DNA of 64,000 nucleotides from Escherichia coli (GTDB lineage Bacteria; Pseudomonadota; Gammaproteobacteria; Enterobacterales; Enterobacteriaceae): NCBI RefSeq assembly GCF_003991155.1, contig NZ_CP031293.1; one strand, 5' to 3'. Shown piece by piece: positions 54,717 to 64,000 of this stretch (position 1 is its first letter; each line of letters starts with the position of its first letter). The notes under the pieces were generated by a model. It saw only the letters and a program-made list of their open reading frames with translations, ran no database searches and was not told where the DNA came from. The position numbers and the translations under genes were made by a program.

Positions 54717-57700
54717 TCAGCTGATACTGATGCCTGCGGTGGCTTTCTTCATCACCACAACCAGCAAATCGCTGATACTTGCTGTGGGATACCAGCCATT
54801 TACCAGCCATGCCGATACAGAAAATTCCAGTGTCATGACACCACTGCCTGCAGGCATATCAATAACACCCGTATATATCAGCGTATTATCCAGAGCCGTT
54901 CGGTTATAAATTTCAGCACCGTTTTTTCGTACTATCAGACGGCATGAGGAGTAGATATCAGTATGATCTTGCTCATGTTTAGCGCCACTGAATGCCACCG
55001 CCGGGATAACAATTTGCCGGTCAAACGGCTGATCGTCATAAACCCTGACGGTAATGGTTCCTGATGGCCACCGCTCCGGTGCACGGGAGTCCCGGGGGAA
55101 AGCTTTGCCCACCGTTTTAACAATATCGCCTTCAATCTGGTTGGCTGACAGTTTTCCCAGAATCCGGCAGTTCTGATTAATCGTGACATTGTTGAGCGTC
55201 CCGGAGTTCGCATTCACGTTACCGCTGATATCGGCATTTTTCGCCGTCAGCCGCCCGTCCGGTGTCAGGGAAAATGCCGGAGGATTACCGCCGCTGGTAA
55301 TGGTGGGAGCCGTCAGGTATTTCAGGAACACTTCGTTCATGAATATCTGATCGCCCTGACCAACAAACATCGGCTTTGTGTTGCCATTCGCAGGATTAAT
55401 CATCGCAATCCTGTCTGCCGCCAGCAGCACCTGACTCTGCATGCCGTCAGGGGTGTTTTCAATACCGGCACCAATACCCGCGATATAAAGGCGTCCGTCC
55501 TGCATCTGCTGCAGCTTCACAGCCCACATGCTGTTCAGGTTATTATTTGTATCAACCTGAACCTTCTGTATCTGCTGGATCGCTGCACTCTGGTCTTCCA
55601 GTTTCTTATTGACGGTCTGCGTGATTTCATTACTGACATCCGTGATGGACGTTCTGATTTCCGCCAGGTCAGGCGCAAGCTGACCGTTATCAATCTGCGT
55701 CCACAACTCCTGAGCCAGATGGGTTTTCCCTATCTCTCCTTTGAAAAAATCCAGATAGCCGGATGCATCATCACTCGGCTGGCCAACAGCCTCCACGAAT
55801 GCCGATTTGCCAACGGTGTTCACACTGCGGATGTAAAAATAATAATCATGGCCCGGCCTGATATTGATACTGGCAGCTATCCAGTACAGCGCCGTGCCAA
55901 GATAGCGCGCTGTGGTTTCAACCTGTCTGATATCCGCAATCCGCTTTTCCGAGAACCAGAACTCAAACTGTACCGTCGGGTCATAAACGGCAAGATGCGG
56001 CGTGGCGGTGATCTGAAAATAGCCCGGCGTCAGCTCAATCTGTGACGGCGCTGCCGGTGCGGCAATCCGGAACGATACCGATGCAGGATCGCCCTGCTGT
56101 CCCCACGCATTTACCGCCCGGACTGTCAGCCTGTAGTTCCCCAGCGCCAGTTGCGTGAAGCGGTATGTGGTTTCCGCCGTCCGGGCCGTGCTGACCAGCC
56201 GCTCACTGCCGTCATCCGCTGCCACGGTCAGGCGAAGCATGAAACTCACGCCCTTCACCACCTTCGGCGTGTCCCAGCGGGCCAGTACCTGATACTCCCC
56301 GCTGTCTGCGGTGACTTCGGCAGTCAGGTGCTGCACCGCTGGCGGCGTGACACCATTCACCGTGCCGCTCTGGTCGCCGTCAAAGTGCGCCCCGTTATCC
56401 ACGATGGCTTCTTTTTCCGGTACATGCTGCACGGCGGTGATGGCATACGTGCCGTCGTCGTTCTCACGGATACTCACGCAGCGGAACAGGCGCTGGCGCA
56501 GCGTCGGCAGCTTCAGCCCCCACACGCTGTATTCGGCTATCCCGTCAGGAAACCGGCTCACTTTCACCTTCACGCCGTCGGTGACGGACTGGACTTCCAC
56601 GCTGACCGGATTGCCCTGCCCGTCAACCAGGCTTATCAGCGTGGTACCGGAGGATGGCAGCGTGATTTCACGGTCGAGCGTCAGCGTCCGGGTCTGGCTG
56701 TTCACCGCCAGCACGCGCCCGCCAATGCTGATCCCCGCATAGTCATCATCGCAGATTTCAATAACATCACCCGGTACATGGCGAAGCCCTTCTGCGCCGA
56801 CGCTGAAATCCACGGTCTGCGTTTCCAGCAGTTCTGTTTTAATCAGCCACAGCCCGGCGCGGTGTGCCTGCCCCCGGCTGGTACAGCCAAAGGCATCCAT
56901 CTTCGTGACGTTACGACCGTAACGGGCAATGGCCTGCGTGTCCTCCACAAGCTCTGTCGCCGTCTCCCAGCCGTTATTCGGGTCAATCCAGTTCACCTCA
57001 ACGGCATTATGACGGTCCTTCAGGGCGCTGAAGCTGTAGCGGAACGGCGCGCCATCATCCGGCATCACCACATTACTACGGTTATAGGTCCACACCTTAT
57101 CCGATGGCCGGTCCTGCACGAACGTCAGCGTCTGCCCGTTCCATACCGGCATACAGCGCATCGCCGAGCAGAAATCACTGAGCACATCCCACGCCTTGCG
57201 CTGCGTGGTCAGCCAGGCATTACAGGTGATGCGCGGCTCCGTGCCACCAAAGCCATCCGGCACCGACTGGTCGCAATTCTGGCCGATGACATACAGCGCC
57301 CATTTGTCCACATCCGCCGCACCGAGACGCTTCCCCATGCCGTAGCGCGGATGGGTCAGCATATCCCACAGACACCAGGCCATGTTGTTGCTGTATGCCG
57401 GTTTAAACGTCCCGTCCCAGATACCGCTGTATTGCCGCGTCTGCGGGTTATAGTTCGACGGCACCTGCAGAATACGCCCGCGCAGATGATAATTACGGCT
57501 CACCTGCTGGCTGCCGAACTGCTCCGAGTCCACCTGCACGCCGACCAGTGCCGTGTTCGGGTAGCACTGTTTCACATCGATGATTTCGGTGTATGACGAC
57601 CAGAGCGTTTTGTTCTGCAGCTGGTCTGTGGTGCTGTCCGGCGTCATCCTGCGCATCCGGATATTAAACGGGCGCGGCGGCAGGTTATCCACCACCACTG

Positions 57701-58196
57701 AGGCCAGATACTGCGAGGTGGTTTTACCCTTAATGGTGATGTCTTTTTCCGTCACCCAGCCACCGTTACGTTGTATCTGAACCAGCAGGCGGACTTCCGA
57801 TGGATTCCTGTCCCCCTTTGAGGTGGTTTCCACCAGTGCCTGCACACCGAAGGTAAAGCGCAGACGGTCGATGTTTGCCGACGTGATGGTGCGGGTGATC
57901 GGCGTGTCATATTTCACTTCCGTACCCAGCACCGTCTCGGAACCGGAGGATTCAAATCCCTCCGGCGGAGTCTGCTCCTGCTCACCGGCCCGGAACACCA
58001 CCGTGACGCCGGATATATTGGTATTCCCCTCACTGTCCAGCACCGGCGTACTGTTCAGCAGCACGCTTTTTAATCCATCCACCGGACCTTCAACCGGCCC
58101 TTCGCTGATGGCATCGATCACACTCAGCAGCTGCGTGGACTTCAGGTTGTCCTTCGCTTCGCGCGGGGTATGCCCCTTACTGCTGCCTTTACCCAT
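54717..58196 (-). CDS. J: Tail tip / host specificity protein J
   Basis: 1159-aa ORF; N-terminal roughly 900 residues match lambda J as recalled ([24 protein letters not shown]). Confidence 0.93.
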   Translation of the reverse strand: MGKGSSKGHTPREAKDNLKSTQLLSVIDAISEGPVEGPVDGLKSVLLNSTPVLDSEGNTNISGVTVVFRAGEQEQTPPEGFESSGSETVLGTEVKYDTPITRTITSANIDRLRFTFGVQALVETTSKGDRNPSEVRLLVQIQRNGGWVTEKDITIKGKTTSQYLASVVVDNLPPRPFNIRMRRMTPDSTTDQLQNKTLWSSYTEIIDVKQCYPNTALVGVQVDSEQFGSQQVSRNYHLRGRILQVPSNYNPQTRQYSGIWDGTFKPAYSNNMAWCLWDMLTHPRYGMGKRLGAADVDKWALYVIGQNCDQSVPDGFGGTEPRITCNAWLTTQRKAWDVLSDFCSAMRCMPVWNGQTLTFVQDRPSDKVWTYNRSNVVMPDDGAPFRYSFSALKDRHNAVEVNWIDPNNGWETATELVEDTQAIARYGRNVTKMDAFGCTSRGQAHRAGLWLIKTELLETQTVDFSVGAEGLRHVPGDVIEICDDDYAGISIGGRVLAVNSQTRTLTLDREITLPSSGTTLISLVDGQGNPVSVEVQSVTDGVKVKVSRFPDGIAEYSVWGLKLPTLRQRLFRCVSIRENDDGTYAITAVQHVPEKEAIVDNGAHFDGDQSGTVNGVTPPAVQHLTAEVTADSGEYQVLARWDTPKVVKGVSFMLRLTVAADDGSERLVSTARTAETTYRFTQLALGNYRLTVRAVNAWGQQGDPASVSFRIAAPAAPSQIELTPGYFQITATPHLAVYDPTVQFEFWFSEKRIADIRQVETTARYLGTALYWIAASINIRPGHDYYFYIRSVNTVGKSAFVEAVGQPSDDASGYLDFFKGEIGKTHLAQELWTQIDNGQLAPDLAEIRTSITDVSNEITQTVNKKLEDQSAAIQQIQKVQVDTNNNLNSMWAVKLQQMQDGRLYIAGIGAGIENTPDGMQSQVLLAADRIAMINPANGNTKPMFVGQGDQIFMNEVFLKYLTAPTITSGGNPPAFSLTPDGRLTAKNADISGNVNANSGTLNNVTINQNCRILGKLSANQIEGDIVKTVGKAFPRDSRAPERWPSGTITVRVYDDQPFDRQIVIPAVAFSGAKHEQDHTDIYSSCRLIVRKNGAEIYNRTALDNTLIYTGVIDMPAGSGVMTLEFSVSAWLVNGWYPTASISDLLVVVMKKATAGISIS

Positions 58197-58256
58197 TCGT
58201 CATGCTCCATAAACGATAAAACCGCCCGGAGGCGGTTTCACATAAAACGTTTTTCA

Positions 58257-58898
58257 TCAGCGACCAATCACCACAACCTGACCACCATCACCTTCATCTG
58301 CTGTGCTGATCTCCTGAGATACCACACGTGATCCCACGCGCATTTCACCGTACAGAACGGGCAGAACATTGCCCTGGGCAACCATATTATCCAGTGAAGA
58401 AAAATAGGTGTTCTGTTTGCCGTTATCCGTTGTCTGTGTGCGGGGGGTTTTGGGTTTAGGGGCCAGCATCTGTGCAACACCGCCAAGCGTCATACTGGCA
58501 CCGAGAGAAAACAGCAGATTACTCGCCATAATTCCTACCCCCGGCATCCATATAGCAACCGCCATAACAGCCGCCCCCAGCACAGCCTGAAACACACCGC
58601 CACTTTTGGCTCCTGCCAGACGCGGCACGATATGGATCACAGCACCATTTGCCAGCGGTTCATTAAGACGGGCTGATAATTCCGTTTCACCTGTATCACG
58701 CCCGGCAATCCGTACCTGATACCAGCCGTCGCTCAGTTTCTGACGAAACGCCGGGAGCTGTGTGGCCAGCGCCCGGATGGCTTCAGCCCCCGTTTTCACA
58801 CGAAGGTCGATGCGGCGACCAAATCGTTGTAAATCCCCGTAAAGGCAGATGCGCGCCATGCCCGGTGACGCCAGAGGGAGTGTGTGCGTCGCTGCCAT
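58257..58898 (-). CDS. I: Tail assembly protein I
   Basis: MAATHTLPLASPGMARICLYGDLQRFGRRIDLRV matches lambda gpI as recalled. Confidence 0.9.
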   Translation of the reverse strand: MAATHTLPLASPGMARICLYGDLQRFGRRIDLRVKTGAEAIRALATQLPAFRQKLSDGWYQVRIAGRDTGETELSARLNEPLANGAVIHIVPRLAGAKSGGVFQAVLGAAVMAVAIWMPGVGIMASNLLFSLGASMTLGGVAQMLAPKPKTPRTQTTDNGKQNTYFSSLDNMVAQGNVLPVLYGEMRVGSRVVSQEISTADEGDGGQVVVIGR

Positions 58899-59539
58899 TT
58901 GTCGGTATACCTCTCTCGTTTGCTCAGTTGTTCAGGAATATGGTGCAGCAGCTCGCCATCACCACAGTAAATGGCGGCATGATTCGGCACCGATGAACCA
59001 AAACAGCACAGCAGCACATCGCCCGGTTGTGCTGATGACAACGGCACCTGATACAGCCCTGTGGCCTCCAGATTATCCAGATAGAGATTCTGACCGTGAC
59101 GCCACCAGTCATCCTCGCGATGAAAATCCGGCATCTCAATCCCCGCCAGATGATAAGCATCCCGGAACAGCGTGTAACAGTCCGTCACCCCGTGCTCAAA
59201 GCGCCGCCCGGTGAGATGCGGCACACAGCGGAACTTATGAATCGCCCCCCGGCAGACCAGCAACCACGGCAAATCACTCTGCACCTGCAGCCGCCGGTCA
59301 GCCTCACTCAGCCAGGGCAGACCACCGGGGTGGCTGTGGACCAGCGCCACAATCTCACCCTGCATTTCTGCCTGCAGCCAGTCCTCCGGAGCCATCCGGA
59401 AATAATCCTCCGGCTCACCGGAGATATTCACGCAGGGGAAATATCTTTCCCCCTCCGGCGTGCTTACCACGAAGCCGCACGACTCCGCTGGCGCACATCG
59501 CCGGGCGTGCGCCAGAATCGCTGATTCTGTCTCTGTCAT
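58796..59539 (-). CDS. K: Tail assembly protein K (JAMM/MPN plus NlpC/P60-like)
   Basis: MTETESAILAHARRC... with HSHPGG motif; overlaps I by 103 nt as in lambda; start is ambiguous (an internal Met at about 59395 would give the 199-aa form). Confidence 0.8.
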   Translation of the reverse strand: MTETESAILAHARRCAPAESCGFVVSTPEGERYFPCVNISGEPEDYFRMAPEDWLQAEMQGEIVALVHSHPGGLPWLSEADRRLQVQSDLPWLLVCRGAIHKFRCVPHLTGRRFEHGVTDCYTLFRDAYHLAGIEMPDFHREDDWWRHGQNLYLDNLEATGLYQVPLSSAQPGDVLLCCFGSSVPNHAAIYCGDGELLHHIPEQLSKRERYTDKWQRRTHSLWRHRAWRASAFTGIYNDLVAASTFV

Positions 59540-59543
59540 GGGA

Positions 59544-60242
59544 TTACTGCGAAAGTTTGTTAATGGAAAGGAAGCCGCCAAAGTTGCCGACGTTATTGCG
59601 GAACTTACAACCGCTCAGGCATTTGCTGCATTTATCCTTCGTGATATCGGACGTTGGCTGGTCATATTCATCCGCGACCGCCGGACCGTGATAACCGCAC
59701 TCATCGCCGCGATAGGTCCAGGTGCAGGTGTTGGCCAGCATGATACGTCCCGGAAAAACAGCGCCGTCCGTTTCCGTCGGCGTGGACAGTACAAAGGAGG
59801 CACTGACCGCGCTCAGTTCGCTGCACTGCTCAATGCGCCAGCGGCTGATCACCTCCTGCTCCGAATCGGCGTCTCTGTTTCCGTTGACGAAGTTCACCGC
59901 ATCCAGAAAACGGGCGTAAACCTTACGCCTGACCACCGTTCCGCCGACCAGACTCTGCAGATCTTCCGCCATCCCGGTGACCATGCCGTACAGGTTAGAA
60001 ACCGTCAGCGTGGGGCGCGTACTGGTGCCTTTGCCATTCAGTTCAAAACCACTCCCCTGAATGGGATACGCCTGATACTGCCGCCCCTGCCAGGTGACCG
60101 GCTCACCTTTTTCGTTCTGCTCATTACAGAAAAAATAACGTTCTCCACCAACCTCTGTCAGATCGATTTCCCAGAGCACCACGCTGGCCGACTGCTCCGC
60201 ACGGGTGCATTCATTCAGTGTTTCCTGCCGGATATCCTGCAT
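59544..60242 (-). CDS. L: Minor tail protein L
   Basis: 232-aa ORF matching lambda gpL as recalled. Confidence 0.93.
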   Translation of the reverse strand: MQDIRQETLNECTRAEQSASVVLWEIDLTEVGGERYFFCNEQNEKGEPVTWQGRQYQAYPIQGSGFELNGKGTSTRPTLTVSNLYGMVTGMAEDLQSLVGGTVVRRKVYARFLDAVNFVNGNRDADSEQEVISRWRIEQCSELSAVSASFVLSTPTETDGAVFPGRIMLANTCTWTYRGDECGYHGPAVADEYDQPTSDITKDKCSKCLSGCKFRNNVGNFGGFLSINKLSQ

Positions 60243-60571
60243 CAGTTCACCACCTGTTTAAACTCTGCGCTGAACTCAACACGCAACATACTGACCTGCG
60301 ACGACCATTTTGCGCAGGTCACCTTTATCTGCCTGTAACCATAAGGCGGCGTCCACAGAAAGGCCTTCCAGCCCCCGTGCTCAGCCAGAAACGACTCCAG
60401 CGCCGTGGCCTCCTCACGGGAGACAGACAGCGTCACGCTGTACGTTTTCAGGTCAGCGTTCAGCCCGGCAGGCGCACGCTGGGAATAGCCATCACCAAAG
60501 CGCACCTCCCTGACGGAAGGAGCCGATGTCACATCCATACCGGGTTTCACTTTCCAGCGGAAGGTCTTCAT
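60242..60571 (-). CDS. M: Minor tail protein M
   Basis: 109-aa ORF matching lambda gpM as recalled. Confidence 0.93.
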   Translation of the reverse strand: MKTFRWKVKPGMDVTSAPSVREVRFGDGYSQRAPAGLNADLKTYSVTLSVSREEATALESFLAEHGGWKAFLWTPPYGYRQIKVTCAKWSSQVSMLRVEFSAEFKQVVN

Positions 60572-63129
60572 CGTCCACCTCCGGAGAACAGGCCACCATC
60601 ACGCATCTGTGTCTGAATTTCATCACGGGCACCCTTGCGGGCCATGTCATACACCGCCTTCAGAGCGGCCGGACCTATCTGCCCGTTCGTGCCGTCGTTG
60701 TTAATCACCACATGGTTATTCTGCTCAAACGTCCCGGACGCCTGCGACCGGCTGTCTGCCATGCTGCCCGGTGTACCGACATAACCGCCGGTGGCATAGC
60801 CGCGCATCAGCCGGTAAAGATTCCCCACGCCAATCCGGCTGGTTGCCTCCTTCGTGAAGACAAACTCACCACGGTGAACAATCCCCGCTGGCTCATATTT
60901 GCCGCCGGTTCCCGTAAATCCTCCGGTTGCAAAATGGAATTTCGCCGCAGCGGCCTGAATGGCTGTACCGCCTGACGCGGATGCGCCGCCACCAACAGCC
61001 CCGCCAATGGCGCTGCCGATACTCCCGACAATCCCCACCATTGCCTGCTTAAGCAGAATTTCTGTCATCATGGACAGCACGGAACGGGTGAAGCTGCGCC
61101 AGTTCTGCTCACTGCCGGTCAGCATCGCCGCCATATTCTGTGCAATACCATCAAAGGTCTGCGTGGCTGCACTTTTTACCTGCGACATACTGTCCGTGGC
61201 GCTCTCTTCCCACTCACTCCAGCCGGACTTCAGGCCTGCCATCCAGTTCCCGCGAAGCTGGTCTTCAGCCGCCCAGGTCTTTTTCTGCTCTGACATGACG
61301 TTATTCAGCGCCAGCGGATTATCGCCATACTGTTCCTTCAGGCGCTGTTCCGTGGCTTCCCGTTCTGCCTGCCGGTCAGTCAGCCCCCGGCTTTTCGCAT
61401 CAATGGCGGCCCGTTTTGCCCGTTGCTGCTGTGCGAATTTATCCGCCTGCTGCGCCAGCGCGTTCAGGCGCTCCTGATACGTAACCTTGTCGCCAAGCGC
61501 AGCCAGCTGGCGTTTGTACTCCAGCGTCTCATCTTTATGCGCCAGCAGGGATTTCTCCTGTGCAGACAGCTGGCGACGTTGCGCCGCCTCCTCCAGTACC
61601 GCGAACTGACTCTCCGCCTTCCACAAATCCCGGCGCTGCTGGCTGATTTTCTCATTTGCTCCGGCATGCTTCTCCAGCGTCCGGAGTTCTGCCTGAAGCG
61701 TCAGCAGAGCAGCATGAGCACTGTCTTCCTGACGATCGCCCGCAGACACCTTCACGCCGGACTGTTTCGGCTTTTTCAGCGTCGCTTCATAATCCTTTTT
61801 CGCCGCCGCCATCAGCGTGTTGTAATCCGCCTGCAGGATTTTCCCGTCTTTCAGTGCCTTGTTCAGTTCTTCCTGACGGGCGGTATATTTCTCCAGCGGC
61901 GTCTGCAGCCGTTCGTAAGCCTTCTGCGCCTCTTCGGTATATTTCAGCCGTGACGCTTCGGTATCGCTCTGCTGCTGCGCATTTTTGTCCTGTTGAGTCT
62001 GCTGCTCAGCCTTCTTTCGGGCGGCTTCAAGCGCAAGACGGGCCTTTTCACGGTCATCCCAGTAACGCGCCCGCGCTTCATCGTTAACAAAATAATCATC
62101 CTTGCGCAGATTCCAGATGTCGTCTGCTTTCTTAAACGCAGCCTCTGCCTTAATCAGCATCTCCTGCGCGGTATCAGGACGACCAATATCCAGCACCGCA
62201 TCCCACATGGATTTGAATGCCCGCGCAGTCCTGTCTGCCCAGGTCTCCAGCGTGCCCATGTTCTCTTTCAGGCGGCGGGTCTGGTCATCAAACCCTTTCG
62301 TTGCGGCCTCGTTCGCCGCCTGCAATGCCCCGGCTTCATCGCCGGAACGCTGCAACTGAGCAACATACGCAATCTGCTCCGCCGTCACGTTATGGAACTG
62401 GCGTGCCATCGCCGTCAGCCCCGACGTCGGGTCTGTGGTCAGCTTCCCGAAGGCTTCAGCGACCTTGTCCACCTCCACGCTGGATGCAGAGGAGAAACGC
62501 GCCACACTCTGGCTGATGGACGCAATCTGAGCCTCACCGCTTACCCCCGCCTTAACCAGTGCGCTGAGTGACTCGCTGGTCTGGTCAAACGTCAGCCCTG
62601 CCGCCTGCCCGGCTCTGGACAGGACCAGCATGCGATCTGCCGTCAGCCCCGACTGATTGCCGGAAAGGACCAGCGTTTTGTTGAAATCGGACAGGGTTGA
62701 GTTGCCCTGATACCAGGCATACGCCAGCGCACCGGTCGCCACCGCCAGCGAGGTGGCCCCGACCATCGGCAGGGTGAGCGCACCGGCAAGCCCCCTGAAC
62801 ATGGGGATCATCCCGCCGAAGGAGTCCTTCACCTGACCACCCTGTTGCAGCAGGATCAGCCACGGACTTTGCCCGCCTGCAAGCTGCGTGGCCACGTCAG
62901 TGAACTGCGCAGGCAGCATACGCATGGCAGCTTTATACTGCCCAACGGAAATCCCCGCTTTCTGTGCAGCCAGCGCCTGTCGGCTCAGCGACTGTTCAAC
63001 GACTGCCGCTGTTTTTTTCGCATCACTTTCCGTACCGGAAAAATGACGCCTGACTCTGGCCATCTGCTCGTCAAATCTGGCCGCATCCAGACTCAAATCA
63101 ACGACCAGATCGCCTACCGGTTCAGCCAT
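60568..63129 (-). CDS. H: Tail tape measure protein H
   Basis: 853-aa ORF matching lambda gpH as recalled. Confidence 0.93.
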   Translation of the reverse strand: MAEPVGDLVVDLSLDAARFDEQMARVRRHFSGTESDAKKTAAVVEQSLSRQALAAQKAGISVGQYKAAMRMLPAQFTDVATQLAGGQSPWLILLQQGGQVKDSFGGMIPMFRGLAGALTLPMVGATSLAVATGALAYAWYQGNSTLSDFNKTLVLSGNQSGLTADRMLVLSRAGQAAGLTFDQTSESLSALVKAGVSGEAQIASISQSVARFSSASSVEVDKVAEAFGKLTTDPTSGLTAMARQFHNVTAEQIAYVAQLQRSGDEAGALQAANEAATKGFDDQTRRLKENMGTLETWADRTARAFKSMWDAVLDIGRPDTAQEMLIKAEAAFKKADDIWNLRKDDYFVNDEARARYWDDREKARLALEAARKKAEQQTQQDKNAQQQSDTEASRLKYTEEAQKAYERLQTPLEKYTARQEELNKALKDGKILQADYNTLMAAAKKDYEATLKKPKQSGVKVSAGDRQEDSAHAALLTLQAELRTLEKHAGANEKISQQRRDLWKAESQFAVLEEAAQRRQLSAQEKSLLAHKDETLEYKRQLAALGDKVTYQERLNALAQQADKFAQQQRAKRAAIDAKSRGLTDRQAEREATEQRLKEQYGDNPLALNNVMSEQKKTWAAEDQLRGNWMAGLKSGWSEWEESATDSMSQVKSAATQTFDGIAQNMAAMLTGSEQNWRSFTRSVLSMMTEILLKQAMVGIVGSIGSAIGGAVGGGASASGGTAIQAAAAKFHFATGGFTGTGGKYEPAGIVHRGEFVFTKEATSRIGVGNLYRLMRGYATGGYVGTPGSMADSRSQASGTFEQNNHVVINNDGTNGQIGPAALKAVYDMARKGARDEIQTQMRDGGLFSGGGR

Positions 63130-63960
63130 ACCGGACTCCTCCTGCGATCCCTTCTGATACTGTCATCAGCATTACGTCATCCTCCGTCATGTCCGCCACA
63201 TCCGTGGAAGTAGGGATAACTTCATTCCCGTCCGGGCCAAAGCGGACACCTCCGGCAAGCCCTGCCGCTTTCTGCATCAGCACATCATCTTCAGGCTCTT
63301 CGTCAGCCTCGCGCCGGTTCAGCAGACTGAAATCCAGCGGATGCATATCCGGATCGCTGAAAAACAGGCTGAGCACGGTGTACGTCAGCCCGGAAAAGTG
63401 CATATCCAGCAGAACATCATGAAAATAATGGGTACTGTAAAAGCGGTGCCAGTCGGCATACTCCGTGGATGACATCCCGGCAAGCATGGCACGCCAGTCG
63501 GGTCGCCCCATCTCACGCGCCAGTTTCAGGGCAAAACTCAGCTCACCGTCGAACGCTTTCCCGCAGAAACAGGCTCTGCAGGCCCGGAGTCCTCTGCCTG
63601 TTCAGGGGCATCATTCACCACAAACTCATACATACCGGACAGCCGGTACACCACGTTTTCAGCATGAGAAATTGCCTCCGTGGGCCAGGTGGTAAGCACT
63701 TCCTGCTCAATCTGTTTAACGGCTTCATTCATGGAAGGCAGCTTTGTCTTCTGCGGATGGTTATGCCACAGGGACATCGCCACCACAAAAGCACCGGTTC
63801 TGATGGCGTCTTCCACAGTAAACTTCCGGTTGCTGTCTGACTCCGCCTGTTCTGCCTGCCGTTTCATCAGGGCGAGATGCTCAATACGCTGCAGGGCTGA
63901 CAGTTCAGAAAGCGTGACGGTCACACCGTTATGTTCAAATGATTCGGTTTTCAGGAACAT
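63122..63960 (-). CDS. GT: G-T tail assembly chaperone fusion made by programmed -1 ribosomal frameshift
   Basis: T-frame ORF (track 63122..63511) continues open upstream into G; slippery heptamer G GGA AAG lies in the G frame at 63556..63562. Confidence 0.75.
63538..63960 (-). CDS. G: Tail assembly chaperone G
   Basis: 140-aa ORF MFLKTESFEHNGVTVTLSELSALQRIEHLALMKRQ matching lambda gpG as recalled. Confidence 0.9.
   Translation of the reverse strand: MFLKTESFEHNGVTVTLSELSALQRIEHLALMKRQAEQAESDSNRKFTVEDAIRTGAFVVAMSLWHNHPQKTKLPSMNEAVKQIEQEVLTTWPTEAISHAENVVYRLSGMYEFVVNDAPEQAEDSGPAEPVSAGKRSTVS
63556..63562 (-). other. Slippery heptanucleotide G GGA AAG for the G to G-T -1 frameshift
   Basis: Plus strand reads ctttccc; its reverse complement is in the G zero frame, 6 codons before the G stop. 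Confidence 0.75.
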
Positions 63961-63976
63961 CGCTGACTCTCCGGAT

Positions 63977-64000
63977 TAACTGGCGGTGACGTTGATTTCT
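63977..64000 (-). CDS. V: 3' end of major tail protein V (partial, runs off the window)
   Basis: Minus strand reads ...EINVTAS stop, followed by GGAGAG and the G start; too short to confirm. Confidence 0.45.

Larger units (their letters stand above)
45823..64000. mobile_element. Right arm of a lambdoid prophage (DLP12-position, argU-integrating), truncated by the window end
   Basis: attR-like tRNA fragment followed by cargo genes and a colinear lambda-like V-G-T-H-M-L-K-I-J-lom-stf tail module on the minus strand. Confidence 0.85.

Noticed and set aside
56151-57596. 481-aa plus-strand ORF
   Set aside because: Antisense to the well-supported J gene; Arg/His-rich, with no start or RBS context.

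Overview
The window is an Escherichia coli chromosomal segment colinear, in reverse orientation, with the K-12 map from ybdH down to the DLP12 prophage region. From 1 to about 45.8 kb it is conserved core genome: ybdH-ybdD-cstA, the complete enterobactin locus (entH/A/B/E/C, fepB, entS, fepDGC, fepE, entF, ybdZ, fes, fepA, entD), hokE, ybdK/ybdJ/ybdF, nfsB, ybdG, pheP, cusCFBA with cusRS, nfrBA-ybcH and envY. At 45823-45867 a 45-nt copy of the 3' end of tRNA-Arg (argU), the pauD/attR equivalent, marks the right end of a lambdoid prophage that fills the rest of the window. Its right arm carries ompT, a signal-peptide-bearing S33-type alpha/beta hydrolase and a ybcY-like SAM methyltransferase flanked by tfa 3' remnants, then on the minus strand a side tail fibre followed by three unusual small genes, and lom, J, I, K, L, M, H, G/G-T and the 3' end of V, all lambda-like. 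All gene calls rest on recognising the translated ORFs and on remembered K-12 and lambda gene order; no searches were run. The strain is not MG1655: it lacks the IS186 between entD and hokE, it has a hydrolase where K-12 has appY, and its prophage tail region is intact. The most interesting unexplained content is the cargo and tail-fibre accessory region at about 47.4-51.6 kb. No CRISPR array, rRNA or intact tRNA gene was seen.
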